Assembly (NCBI GenBank): GCA_002633005.1
Contig: NMRA01000258.1
Location: 202,060 to 266,059 of the forward strand
Length of the DNA: 64,000 nucleotides
From: Phoronis australis
Taxonomy: Eukaryota; Animalia; Phoronida
Reading direction: 5' to 3'
The translations under genes and the position numbers were made by a program. A model generated the notes under the pieces. It was not told where the DNA came from. It did no database searches and saw only the letters and a list, made by a program, of their open reading frames with translations. How positions within the stretch are numbered: position 1 is the first letter of the stretch; every line of letters starts with the position of its first letter. Of this stretch, positions 23,717 to 36,729 are shown in pieces.

Positions 23717-25532
23717 CGTCCTTGGTGCATGGCTCTTCAGATTTTTCGTAGGTCGGCAAGGTTGATGGCTTTGCTGTTTGTCTTCCTCTTGTGATTGTCA
23801 CTGGTTTTGTGGTTATCACTGCGTAGATAGTTGACGTTGACAATGTTCCTTTCTTTTCATGATTAGCACTAATTGACAACGCGGTTGTTTCCACTGAATG
23901 AGGGTTCGATGTTGGATGTGTGGTTTTATTTGACTCTGTCGATGTCGAAGGATATGTCATTGTTTCCGCTAGCGTTGTGGAAGAAGTTTGCTTTGTCGTT
24001 AGCATTGGTTGCGAAGTTGATAGTGTGACTGGTGTTAACAGGCTGGTTAGTGTCGACTGTTTAAATGTTGTAGGTTTTATGACTGGTGTTGAATGACTAG
24101 TTGTCTTCGATATGTGATCGACTGTCACTGATTGTGAGGTTATATTCAAATGTTTTGCCATTTGTTGACTAGTTTTCACCGTGATGGGAGTTGTTCGTGA
24201 AGAACTCGTGTGTTGTCTGATTGACGTTTGTTTAATACTTGATGGTGGTGTTTGTGTTGCTGTTGTTGGTGGTATTGTTGTTGGTGGTGTTGTTGTCGGT
24301 GGTGGTGTTGTTGGGTATGGTGTTGTTGTCGGTGTTGTTGTTGGTGGTGGTCTTGTTGTTGTTGGTGGTGGGGGTGTTGTTGTTGGTGTTGTTGTTGTTG
24401 GTGGTGGTGGTGGTGGNNNNNNNNNNNNNNNNNNNNNNNNNNNNNNNNNNNNNNNNNNNNNNNNNNNNNNNNNNNNNNNNNNNNNNNNNNNNNNNNNNNN
24501 NNNNNNNNNNNNNNNNNNNNNNNNNNNNNNNNNNNNNNNNNNNNNNNNNNNNNNNNNNNNNNNNNNNNNNNNNNNNNNNNNNNNNNNNNNNNNNNNNNNN
24601 NNNNNNNNNNNNNNNNNNNNNNNNNNNNNNNNNNNNNNNNNNNNNNNNNNNNNNNNNNNNNNNNNNNNNNNNNNNNNNNNNNNNNNNNNNNNNNNNNNNN
24701 NNNNNNNNNNNNNNNNNNNNNNNNNNNNNNNNNNNNNNNNNNNNNNNNNNNNNNNNNNNNNNNNNNNNNNNNNNNNNNNNNNNNNNNNNNNNNNNNNNNN
24801 NNNNNNNNNNNNNNNNNNNNNNNNNNNNNNNNNNNNNNNNNNNNNNNNNNNNNNNNNNNNNNNNNNNNNNNNNNNNNNNNNNNNNNNNNNNNNNNNNNNN
24901 NNNNNNNNNNNNNNNNNNNNNNNNNNNNNNNNNNNNNNNNNNNNNNNNNNNNNNNNNNNNNNNNNNNNNNNNNNNNNNNNNNNNNNNNNNNNNNNNNNNN
25001 NNNNNNNNNNNNNNNNNNNNNNNNNNNNNNNNNNNNNNNNNNNNNNNNNNNNNNNNNNNNNNNNNNNNNNNNNNNNNNNNNNNNNNNNNNNNNNNNNNNN
25101 NNNNNNNNNNNNNNNNNNNNNNNNNNNNNNNNNNNNNNNNNNNNNNNNNNNNNNNNNNNNNNNNNNNNNNNNNNNNNNNNNNNNNNNNNNNNNNNNNNNN
25201 NNNNNNNNNNNNNNNNNNNNNNNNNNNNNNNNNNNNNNNNNNNNNNNNNNNNNNNNNNNNNNNNNNNNNNNNNNNNNNNNNNNNNNNNNNNNNNNNNNNN
25301 NNNNNNNNNNNNNNNNNNNNNNNNGGTGTTGTTGGTGGTGTTGTTGGTGGTGGTGTTGTTGTTGGTGGTGGTGTTGTTGGTGTTGTTGTTGGTGGTGGTG
25401 TTGTTGTTGGTGGTGCTCCTGTCGTTGTTATTGGTGGTGGTGTTGATGATTGTGGTGGTGGTGTTGTCGATGGGTCAGGTTCTCCCGCCGTAGGAATGCA
25501 TTTACTCCCTCCTTTTCTTATTTTTTTCACAT
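23717..25532 (-). CDS. Gene B exon: Pro/Thr mucin stalk (PTTTPP repeats, spans an about 900-nt gap)
   Basis: Donor GTAAGT at 23716 after EPCTKD; P/T repeats on both sides of the gap; acceptor tttcaag at 25533 is tentative. Confidence 0.75.
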
Positions 25533-25849
25533 CTTGAAATTCAGAAAAACTTCATGACATCGTACACACGTTTGATTTAAAGTACAAAAGCAAATGGCAG
25601 TTACAGATACAAACAATGAATTATCATGAAACATTCAACATGCAGGGTTTTAATGACCACCGCAGTTTAAACTGTTTACGAGTCCAGTGAATGCAAGCAC
25701 CTTATTTAGTGGCCTCCATTCTAACTCGTATGTCAAATATCAGGCTCTGTCGAATAGTAAAATCATATTGACGATGATGGTTTTGGGCCAAATTAGTAAT
25801 AAGAAACGCTGCACAATTTTTGTCAGCATTGAGTATTTACATTATAACC

Positions 25850-26075
25850 TTTCGATGAAAATCACCTTACCATTCTCAAAGAAAATATCCAGCCACCACA
25901 AGTATGGTCACAACACGCTGAATGGCAGTCTGGGGTCGGTTGAGCTCAACCTTTGGGGATAGCTTTGACTGTTTTACAAGTGAGATTTGGTTTAACTGTT
26001 CGTGTCACTTGTGACCATGCTTGTTGTGGTAGGATATTTTCCTTGAGAATGGTAAAGTGATTTTCATCGAAACGT
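25850..26075. mobile_element. Small palindromic MITE
   Basis: tttcgatgaaaatcaccttaccattctcaaagaaaatatcc... is mirrored by ggatattttccttgagaatggtaaagtgattttcatcgaaa. Confidence 0.7.
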
Positions 26076-26490
26076 TGGAATTCATAAATATGTAAATGCA
26101 CAATGATGACAATAAATGTGCTGAGTTTCTTGTTAAAAGTTTACATTTTTTGAAAAAAAATCAGGAATTATAAAATGTGTTTTATAGACCTATTGATGTG
26201 TTCTCATTATTTTTATGCATTAACACTTTCTTAAGTCAAAATGTCATTTTTAAGAAAGGTACATTCATACAGTCCCCTGCGTCGATTTTAATGAAACCTT
26301 TTCAAATGAAAACTTCAACAGTTACCTCAAAAAATGGTGTTAGGAATTTTCGATTCGTCTTATAGTTAGCCTGAGGCGAATTAATTAATCACAAGAGCAT
26401 GGTGTCTATGATGTAAAGCGGCAGATTCTGTGGTGCGCAAACAGATCAAGTTGCCCAATCTCGATTGGGTACGATGTCAACGTAAGATTC

Positions 26491-27878
26491 TTCTCCACAT
26501 CCAACAACGAGATAGGACGGAAGTAACCAATCTTCACTGAGCCTTTGTCTTTTGGAATGTACAGCCCTTCCGCCTTTCCCCATCTCCAAGGCAACTCCTT
26601 AGAGCGCCAAATCACTCTCATCAGTCTCCAAAGGCGGTGTAATAACCTTGGGCACTTCTTATACACGATTTACGGTTGCACGGATGGGCCTGGAGCTGAT
26701 TTCGACTTGGTGTTCATGACCACCTCCTTGCTATCAAAGAACTTAAAATCACCAACCTCCAAAGGTACCTTGGAAATTCCTCTTCATTAATCCACTCAAA
26801 ATCTCCCAAAGGTTCCTCGCATCGAGTGGCAATGTGAACCTCCTCCAGATGTCTCTCCTTAGAGCAGCTCAGCTACCCACTTGCCCGTTTCCCAAAAAGC
26901 TCCTTCGTGAACTTGTTTGGATTGGACAAAAATTTCTTCCTCTTCCGGATCTTTTCGAACTTCCTCTTTCTCAGCTGCTCTGCCTTGCTCAAAGATAAAA
27001 GTTTACACCTGATCTCCTGTCTTAAATGGGCCAAGCCTCTCCTCTCATGACCCTCAGCTGTCTTACACTGCCTCTTAAGGTCTCTCAGCTCCACCCATAT
27101 CTCCGTAATTTCCCTCTCTGTCTTCTGCTAGGCCCTTGCACGGTTGGATTCTTCCTCTGCGCCGCCACACCAAATCGATCTTTGCAAATTGTGTATACCA
27201 ACTCAGTCAGGGTGATCAGTTCCTTGTGCAGTACCCTTTAAACTTGCCTCTAGAACACCATCAAAATCCTTATCCAGAAGACTCCAGGACTTCGAGTAAT
27301 TGCCTCTTGGCCAAGTAATCGACTCCTTCGTGGCCACGTCAAATAGTGCTTCAGTTCTTTGCCTCGGAATGCTGTCTGGATCCCGATCGTTACCAGTTTC
27401 TGTAAGCCACTGTGACATGGAAAGTAACACAAGCTCAGAATCCTGCTCCTCCCTGCCAGATATAAATGCTTCAACACTGTCCCTTCTTGACTTGTCTGAA
27501 TTTGGTGCCGTGCCGTCGTGTTCAACCTCTGATGTAGCAGACGCACTTTCTCCCTCCATCGCTCCATGGGCTTTGAAGATCGACGCTCTGTGGGTTTTAC
27601 CCTGGCTATCATTTTCAGTCGTCTCACTAGAAGTACTAGTATTACCACCTACTAAGCGTTGCCGCTGGAGACACTTCGTCTTTCCCTAATGGATTCTTAC
27701 CGCTTGAAATTCTTAAGTGTCCTCTCACATCCCGTGAATTCTCGGTCATCGTTTATCAATGTCGTAGTCCTTGTACTTTGCCGTGTCGTCTTCGTAATAG
27801 TCTTGTTGTTCAATGCTGTAGTTCCTGTAACTTACTGAGTTGATTCCGTAGTATTCTGATCGTTGAGTTCTTCATCCT
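26491..27878 (-). mobile_element. HERO/R2-like non-LTR retrotransposon fragment, copy 1 (pseudogenised)
   Basis: IHxGKTKC zinc-knuckle region, WP motif, KSAPGP..YKKCPRLLHRLWRL..YIPK..FRPISLLDVE (RT N-terminal motifs); contains frameshifts. Confidence 0.8.
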
Positions 27879-28735
27879 NATTTTCATCGAAACGTTGGAA
27901 TTCATATGTAAAGGCACAATGATGACAATAAATATGCTGAGTTTCTTGTTAAAAGTTTACATTTTCTGAAAAAAATCAGAAATTATAAAATGTGTTTTAT
28001 AGGCCTATTGATGTGTTCTTATTATTTTTATGCCCTAACACTTTCTTAAGTCAAAATGTCATTTTTAAGAAAGGTACATTCATACAGTCCCCTGCGTCGA
28101 TTTTAATGAAACCTTTTCAAATGAAAACTTCAACAGTAACCTCAAAAATGCTGTTAGGAATTTTAGATTTGTCTTATAGTTAGTCTGAGGCGATGTAATT
28201 AATCACAAGAGCATGGTGTCTATGATGTAAAGCGGCAGATTCTGTGGTGCGCAAACAGATCAAGTTGCCCAATCTCGACTGGGTACGATGTCAACGTAAG
28301 ATTCTTTTGATGCTCAGCTGACTGCATGTCATTGGCAGACACAATGAGACATATATAGCTCATTAGGCAGATATGTCGGAAAAATCAGAAACTACGAATG
28401 AGAACAGATGAGCATGTGCGCGGTATGTGAATGAAACAACTTTGTTATCGGATTATTCCGACGACGAGGATAAAATGACGGTGACCCACCCGATCGAAGG
28501 TGAACCAAGGAATGCATTTCAACTAGTGTTTTGAATTCAAAGATTTTAGTGCCGTTTCATGAAATGCCACAGCAAGTACAGCTCTTTTATCTGACACCTG
28601 ACGGAAGGCGGAGGTGTTGAAATTAACCAATGATGTCAGAGGTTCAATTGCAGCCTGTTCAACAGTTCACAACACGCTTACTTGTATCAGCTTATCGCTT
28701 GAATTCATCATTTGATAATGATACGTTAATTAGAG

Positions 28736-30570
28736 TTAAACAATACATACACATCGCATTCTCTGTAAGCTTGTGTGGCATCGACTCATATGCATTAGCC
28801 ATGTCAAGCCATATCTCTGTAATTTCTTTGCATCTTTGATTAACTCCGTGATCACACTGTTGTGTTCTAAGCAGCCCGAGTAGCTGGGAATGCTTTCCTT
28901 CTGCACTGAGGGGTTGATGTAACTGTTCTCCAACAATTATGTCGTTAGCCTGTCTGCCAGAACAGCGAAAAGGACTTTCCCCTCCACATCCAACAACGAG
29001 ATAGGACGGAAGTCACCAATCTTCACTGAGCCTTTGTCTTTTGGAATGTACAGCCCTTCCGCCTTTCCCCATCTCCAAGGCAACTCCTTAGAGCGCCAAA
29101 TCACTCTCAACAGTCTCCAAAGGCGGTGTAATAACCTTGGGCACTTCTTATACACGATTTACGGTTGCACGGATGGGCCTGGAGCTGATTTCGACTTGGT
29201 GTTCATGACCACCTCCCTGCTATCAAAGAACTTAAAATCACCAACCTCCAAAGGTACACTTGGAAATTCCTCTTCATCAATCCAATCAAAATCTCCCAAA
29301 GGTTTCTCGCACCGAGTGGCAATGTGAACCTCCTCCAGATGTCTCTCTAGCTCCTCCTAAGAGCATCTCAGCTACCCACTTGCCTGTTTCCCAAAAATCT
29401 CCTTCGTGAACTTGTATGGATTGGACAAAAATTTCTTCCTCTTCCGGATCTTTTCGGACTTCCTCTTTCTCAGCTGCTCTGCCTTGCTCAAAGATAAGAG
29501 TTTACACCTGATCTCCTGTCTTAAATGGGCCAAGCCTCTCCTCTCATGACCCTCAGCTCTCTTACACTGCCTCTTAAGGTCTCTCACCTCCACCCATATC
29601 TCCGTAGTTTCCCTCTCTGTCTTCTGCTAGGCCCTTGCACGGTTGGATTCTTCCTCTGCGCCGCCACACCAAATCGATCTTTGCAAATTGTGTATACCAA
29701 CTCAGTCAGGGTGATCAGTTCCTTGTGCAGTACCCTTTAAACTTGCCTCTAGAACACCATCAAAATCCTTATCCAGAAGACTCCAGGACTTCGAGTAATT
29801 GCCTCTTGGCCAAGTAATCGACTCCTTCGTGGCCACGTCAAATAGTGCTTCAGTTCTTTGCCTCGGAATGCTGTCTGGATCCCGATCGTTACCAGTTTCT
29901 GTAAGCCACTGTGACATGGAAAGTAACACAAGCTCAGAATCCTGCTCCTCCCTGCCAGATATAAATGCTTCAACACTGTCCCTTCTTGACTTGTCTGAAT
30001 TTGGTGCCGTGCCGTCGTGTTCAACCTCTGATGTAGCAGACGCACTTTCTCCCTCCATCGCTCCATGGGCTTTGAAGATCGACGCTCTGTGGGTTTTACC
30101 CTGGCTATCATTTTCAGTCGTCTCACTAGAAGTACTAGTATTACCACCTACTAAGCGTTGCCGCTGGAGACACTTCGTCTTTCCCTGATGGATTCTTACC
30201 GCTTGAAATTCTTAAGTGTCCTCTCACATCCCCTGAATTCTCGGTCATCGTTTATCAATGTCGTAGTCCTTGTACTTTGCCGTGTCGTCTTCGTAATAGT
30301 CTTGTTGTTTAATGCTGTAGTTCCTGTAACTTACTGAGTTGATTCCGTAGTATTCTGATCGTTGAGTTCTTCATCCTAGCCCTCTCGGAGAACTCTGGTT
30401 ACTTGTAGCAATATAAATGTCAACTGGATGGGCTGCTAACCCAACCAATCCACTGTCTCTCCAGATTGTCACCCGTCTCTCCAGGTCGCCACTCGTCTCT
30501 CCAGGTCGTCACTTGCCTTTCCAGGTTGTCTTCCAGCCTTTTCCTGGATGTCATTGGACCTTTTTCAGAC
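28736..30570 (-). mobile_element. HERO/R2-like non-LTR retrotransposon 5' half, copy 2 (3'-truncated)
   Basis: As copy 1, plus VEGKVLFAVLADRLTT*LLENSYINPSVQKESIPSYSGCLEH (resembles the HERO-type VQKGGIPGFSGCLEH motif); short repeats (gtc..tctccag) in the putative 5' UTR at 30450-30545. Confidence 0.8.
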
Positions 30571-30699
30571 GTTGAATTACCTTAAATACAGTTGTTGTGT
30601 GCTGAATCTCCAAGTGTTTTCATTAGCTAGAATGCATCCTTATCGATATTTCGACCCCTAATCTAGAATCATCGATAACTTTAGTCACACTTTCACTAC

Positions 30700-31090
30700 C
30701 GCTTCCGGCTTTTTGTTCGCTTCGGCAAATTGACTTAATTTGAACAAGGAACACGAGTTCTTAAAAACGGTTCAGTAAGATTTCACCGAAACTTTACAAT
30801 TTTAATATTTATGCGCCAATCTTAAAAACGGTATTAGGATTTTCGTTTAAACTCCTAGTCTTTGCGTACCATGAAACAGACGAAAACGACTGCAAATTTT
30901 TACAAAAATGCCTTACGTTTTGCGAGTTAATTTGGCATATAAACTTAATTAAAGTAAATAATCAAAAATTCCTAACAGAATTTTTGAAGTAAATTGCGAA
31001 GCTTTCCTTTAAAAACGTTTCATTAAAATCGACCGAAGCTTTATTTTGCTTTGAATGTACCTTTCCAACAATGAAATTATGACTTAAAAG
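30700..31090. mobile_element. Fragment of an AT-rich DNA-element family; related copies at about 26200-26370, 28030-28190, 33280-34036 (opposite strand) and 37381-38130 (same strand)
   Basis: Shared blocks such as ttaagtcaaaat..., aatgaaaacttca..gttacct..ggaattttcgat and cttcggcaaat..ggaacacgagttc. Confidence 0.7.
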
Positions 31091-31097
31091 TGATAAC

Positions 31098-31098
<1 letters not shown>

Positions 31099-31136
<38 letters not shown>
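31099..31136. repeat. (TAA)n microsatellite
   Basis: About 12 perfect units. Confidence 0.95.
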
Positions 31137-31264
31137 TTTCTTTCAGAAAATATATACTATTACTGGTTGATATATCCTGTTTCTTTTTGATATATGAGTA
31201 AGAATGGAGGTCACTAACTAAGCTTTACGACAACTTTAAGGTACAAGGAGCTACTACGCCTTAC

Positions 31265-31437
31265 CTTTTCTAGTTCTTTCACAAACAATACCATATGACC
31301 CGTTAGAAGAAATTAAGCTCCGTGTCAGATTACCTGACTGGCTAAAGACAACATGTGACCGCTTGACATTGTCGCCACCGCGTTCTTCCTGTACTAACTC
31401 CAGCCAAAACTCGTCTACCATGTTACCTGTATTATAC
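31265..31437 (-). CDS. Gene B exon: CTLD C-half with shortened long loop
   Basis: gatag acceptor and GTAAGG donor, 173 nt, phase 2-1; YNTGNMVDEFWLELVQEERGGDNVKRSHVVF...YGIVCERTRK. Confidence 0.8.
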
Positions 31438-32760
31438 CTATCAATTTAAAGAAAGACCCTAGTGTTAACATTAGCTAATGAAGGCACCACGTACGTACAA
31501 AACAGATGAATATTACAAGAGTCCTTAAAGCATGAGAAAAAAGTGTATAACGCACTTTATGACACCCGCTGCAGTCTTCCAAGGGTACAGTCCTTCCGTA
31601 ACTGCACGTTTCATATAGCGGTTTCATTCTTCCTGAGAAAGGGATCATATTGAACAGCCATCTCACGACGATCCTCGGCACTTGCTCTTGTAACCAACCA
31701 ATGTACAGCACAGTCGTTAACCGGTTGGTACCCGTGTGGTTGAGGCAACATGAATGAATTGAAACCTCGCTACATCGGTTAGAAGTCGAAACTAAACTAA
31801 ATATATGAATCCATTGGTGAGTCTATTCGATGGTCAGCTTACTGATTTGTACAAAACTGGCCGATAGTTTGCGTCCATGATCCACACTCTGACTTGCCCT
31901 AGAACAACTTGCACAACTGCAGCTTGCCCCACCTTAAGGGGAGCACCCCCACACACATATATCAGATATTAATTAGCGCAAGGGGAAAGTTGTCACTCTC
32001 TACATGTCAATGGAACCGCTAATGCGAATCCCACTTGAAAAAAGAAGACCCATACGATAATGTATGTAACCGCAGTTGATAAAATACTTTCGCCTTGCGT
32101 CAGGTTTGCAGCCACGAAGCGAATAGGGGTAGCGCAAGTTTTCCTTGCAAGTTACCCTACCTCGACAAGGTGGAGTGTGTATACTCGGTTCGGAAAGTTT
32201 GATGGGTCTCTGTGGCTTGTTTTTATTTAGTCGTTGCAGTCCAGAGTAGATAACTAACGAATGAAGGAACCTCTTCTGTGATACCAATCAGGAATGCACC
32301 CTAGCTCACTCGCTTTACGTACAAAAGATGTCCTGCACTTTTAAAATATTTTGAAGCTATAAGCTTGCCTTGAATCATAAGAAGCAACTGTGGGCTTAGA
32401 CCATCAGTCTCAAATTGTTCCTTAGTCAAAATTGAAGTGTCTTTTGTACTTGGTAAGAGCTTACAATCGACGATACTTGCAACCAGGCGCTAACATTTTA
32501 CTTGAGTCAGGGCGTGTCATTATATTATCCGAGCAATAACGAACTGGCAGTTCCTTGCAAGAACACAAATCACTTCTCATTTGAATAAACTAGACCAACC
32601 TACAGCGGCAAAGGGTCTTAATTAAAAGTTTCTTCGACGCAACGTGGGTTTATAACCGTTCTTTAAAGTGTTGTGGGCAAGTTATCTGCTCAATCCAATG
32701 GGGATTCACGTGACTGATTCAAAAAATTACCGAGCCAGAAGGAACTTGAAACTGATTTAC

Positions 32761-32965
32761 CTTTCCAATAGATGTTGAAATTCAACACATTCTTGGGGTT
32801 CTTTCAGTGTAAGAACGCGCCCTTTTCTCTGATTGCAGAAGTTACTGACTTGTGTGTAATTATATGTTTCCACTGTCAGTGAATTAGTGTTGTACAACCA
32901 ATAACACTTCGAAAACGATGTGTGTGTGTACCAGCCCGGTGGGCAAGGGCCGTCATCACTGGAAT
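32761..32965 (-). CDS. Gene B exon: CTLD N-half
   Basis: ttttgcag acceptor and GTAAAT donor, 205 nt, phase 1-2; PCPPGWYTHTSFSKCYWLY...NFCNQRKGRVLTLKE, matching gene A CPPGWY..KCY..CNQRNGYVLTMK. Confidence 0.88.
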
Positions 32966-35900
32966 CTGCAAAAGTTCAATGCCTCGGTGAAGTTTGAGTT
33001 GAAAAGTTTCGGCAAATATGTTCGCTAATGTTATGGTACCGAATGCTACATTAGGGTAAGTCGTCTTGCTACTATTGTAAGGGCACACATACATCCTGGA
33101 TCTCGACCGGTCATTATTGATGTTAACAAACGTCTAGTAGTTCAAACCTTATTTAGGGGCCTCCATTTTTACTCTTATATCAAAAAGCAGATTCTGTCAA
33201 CAAGTAAAAGAAAAAGGATCAGAGATTTTAAAATGTTTTTATATTTATATTTATATGGCATTATAATGATGACATTAATACCTTTTTTAAGTCAAAATTT
33301 TATTTTAAGGAAACTTCATACCAAAATAACCCCTCCGTCTATTTCAATGAAACCTTTTTAATGAAAACTTCACCAGTTACCTAAAAGAGGTGTAAGGAAT
33401 TTTCGATCATTCTTTTAATTTGGTTACTATGACAAATCAAATCGCAAAACGTAAGGTATTTTCTTGTAAAAAATAACAGTCGTTTTTGTCTTTGTTACCT
33501 TATGCAAAAAGTAGGCCTTCGTATCAAAAATCCTAATAGTGTCTATGCGATTGATGAATAAATATTAATTTTGGAAAGTTTCAGTGAAATCCACAGAACA
33601 GTTTTTGAGAATTTCTGTTCCTAAGTTCAAATTAACACGATTTCACGAAGCCGAAAAAAGATATTTCGGGACATATTCCGAACATAAAAGATGATAAAAG
33701 TTGTGACACATGAATCTCAAGTCTGCGGTAAATTATTCGGTGAAAACTTGTTTTCGGTTAATATAACCTATACATGTTCGCTATTTCAATATTCACTCGG
33801 AATGTCAACTGAATTTTAAGTACATAATTCACTTAATCATCGCCAAAACGTTTAATTTTGTCACCATCAACAGTCCGTCAGGAAGAGTCAGCTGTTGACT
33901 TACGCGCCGGGTGCTTGATATGACAAACCATGGAAGTACGAAATGGACAAAGGAAATCGAGTTGGTGGCTAAATGGCGTCGTGAGCATGAGATAGAAACA
34001 GCGAAATGTCAAGCTAATGTATTTGGGTGAGGATTTTTCTCTTTTAACAACTTGCTGTGTTCAAGGACACAAACTCACAGAAGAGTGCAGGGACTCGAAG
34101 CAAATTTCGTTCTCAACGGTCGTTTGCATGCAGACACACAACTCCTTAAGGATCAAAACGTCGTTTTGTCTTCGTTTTCCCCGTCATTTTTAATTCCATG
34201 GTATGTACACCTCGTGGACTCAATATTGTGGCGATTCGGTGAATGAAGGACTGAGGGTACATACAGAGCTGCTTTATGACAGGCAGGAGATTAGATTTGA
34301 GTGACAGCCCTGTAACCATTGACGTTGGATAAGTAGTACAAATATTTCTACTCGGTTGTGCGGTTCCAAAGTGGTTCTGCTAAATCAATTTTTCTCGCTA
34401 CACGGTATATATATTTCGTATCTGAAGTATTCCGAGAATGGAGATAAGGAAAGGTATTATGCTGAACATATATGTGAAATATTGTGGCCACTAATCTTAA
34501 GACATCCTGCATTCATGCTACCTAAGAACGCGCACAGGCTTACAGCCATTAAAACACCGATCTCTGATCGAGGTCATACATACTCTTCAAAACGTCCCAA
34601 GATTGGCTTTCAGCTTCAAAGCATTTGAACAGCAGGCATTAAAGGTGTTCAAAACAAATTGTCATTACTTGAAAACGCAACCATGGTAACAGATTTTTTG
34701 AATTACAGTCGTTGTATTACAATAGAAATAACAGACTTGTCGCAAACTTTGTGACCACTATAAGATTTTACATATAATTTTTCCAAATTTTCTTCGTTGG
34801 GGAGAATTTCGTCTATATTTAACACCAGAATGTTAACTGAAAGTTTTCGTTGAAGGAAAATTTCAACGTCTGAGCGTCGTGAGAGTTCGCATGTTTTAAA
34901 GCGTCTCTCGACCAGATTCCATCTGGCAGTTTGGGGATGCGAATGTCTGACGGGCAAAATCCTGGCTAATACTCTGCCCTAGCCCCCCTAACTCAAAACT
35001 TTAGATCCGCCCCTGGTTGCACCCGCAAAGGTGAATATCCGTGAAAAAATCTCTTGGACAGCTTCCCATGGTCTCCTTCGTCACTGATATAGCAACACGA
35101 ATGATATTTGTTTGTTTGGCATCTTGCTCGATAAATAATTGCACAACCAAGTAGCGTTACTTAGAGTCTTTCAATCTAACTGACAGTTATTGATTGACAC
35201 AAAACTGTGTAAGGGGAATAAGTAAAAAACTGACAACACAAAAACTATAAAAGGGACCAGAATTTTTTATTGTTGCGTTGTGTTCAACAAACACAGCAGT
35301 AAAAGGAGGTTGCGATATAGATTTGTTAGAGCGATAAAACTGAGGAAAGATGGCCCAAAAATAAGTAGTGAAAATGATATTTTTGTATACTAAAATGCAT
35401 AAGATAAAAAATCAATGACTCCATCCAAACTAGACTTTTGTATTTTATTCTTTCTTCTTGCTATGTCGTTATTTTTGCTGGAGTGTGAAGCGATGATGTT
35501 TTGATGCTGAAGAACAGTCACCTAGTTTCCAATACTTTTGTGGTCGTAAAAAGGGTTAAAAAACCTCAAAAACTCATAAAAAACAGACTCGGGTTTCTAT
35601 TGTCAAGGCCAACTGGTGTTAAGTTTCAAAAAGATCGGTGATTTTGCATATATAGTCCACCATCTTGTTTTTATCTGAAATTGCTCTGAAAGAGTTTCAA
35701 GTGCATTGAGCGTGGCAGGAGCAGCTTAACTGATGAGCTCGATGACTGAGTGGATCGCTGTCGACTGAACAAATACATAACATGATTTTCAGCGCTGCAT
35801 TATAATCATTTCAGAAGAGAATTAAAACGCTGCATGGCGATACTGTCTACGACAAACGTTTGACTATGACCATAGGAGCTATATGAGGGGTGCCCTGTTT

Positions 35901-36132
35901 CATTGAAAAGTCGATTACTTGAACTTGTTTGTTTTTGATCACAATTAGGATTATTCGCTAAAATAAACAAACTCAAGTCTCATGCAAATGATTACAATTT
36001 ACATTGCTCAGATCGTAAATTACTGAGCAGTTGTTTTGTCTTTTATAAAGTCACACATGGAACATGCCGATTGGTTGAAAACTGTATTAATTAGTAGTTT
36101 GATTATTTCCTGGTATGCCTCACTGAAGCGAC

Positions 36133-36700
36133 TCATGGGAAGACAATAAAGTAATCTACAACCGCTCTTCCTCTATGACTTATTGAGATGAAGTTATCTT
36201 TACTTATCTCTTTCCTACCATTGACTGTGCAAGTTTTAGAGCCGAACAAAAAGTCAATCAAACTTCTACCATGACTATTTACAACTTTATCAATTACGAC
36301 TCGTTTATTTACCTGACAATCGACATCTGGAATGTAATCATTCAAGTTACCCACTCTCAAGTTAAAATCTCCACATATAACAATGTCATCTGCTATATCT
36401 GCATGTAAATATAACTGGCATAATAGATGACTATAGAAACTATCCGCATCACAACCCCTTGAAGAATTCTCAGGTGGTAAGTAGCAACAAAATACAATTA
36501 TACAATAGTCTGAGCGTATATGAGTTAGTCTTAAAGCTAATATACCATCTCACGACTTGTCAACAATATCAATTTTAAATGTTTTAAACAAATCATTTTT
36601 AACAAATATTTCCAACCCACCCGAACCTCTTGGGACCCGCTTGTTTATAAGCTGCCTATTGTGTCCGTACCAACAATAACCGGGCAAAGTAATCGTGGGG
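36133..36700 (-). pseudogene. LINE apurinic-like endonuclease fragment (L2/CR1-group)
   Basis: PGYCWYGHNR..RGSGG..CYLPPENS..ICGDFNLRVG..NSHGRSLIDF..VNGR..AVVDYF: APE motifs. Confidence 0.85.
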
Positions 36701-36729
36701 TAAAGGCTGCATAATGCTTTTTCAGACTT

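Noticed and set aside
24181-25537. Long + strand poly-Val/Gly, Leu/Val and Cys/Trp ORFs
   Set aside because: These are antisense shadows of the PTTTPP mucin exon, inflated by the N gap.
27203-27689. Stand-alone 118-132 aa ORFs (also 29702-30188)
   Set aside because: They are frameshifted pieces or antisense frames of the HERO-type retrotransposon ORF, not host genes.
35722-35770. Hammerhead ribozyme (CTGATGAG-CTC...GAG)
   Set aside because: The required GAAA core reads TGGATC; at best a dead relic.
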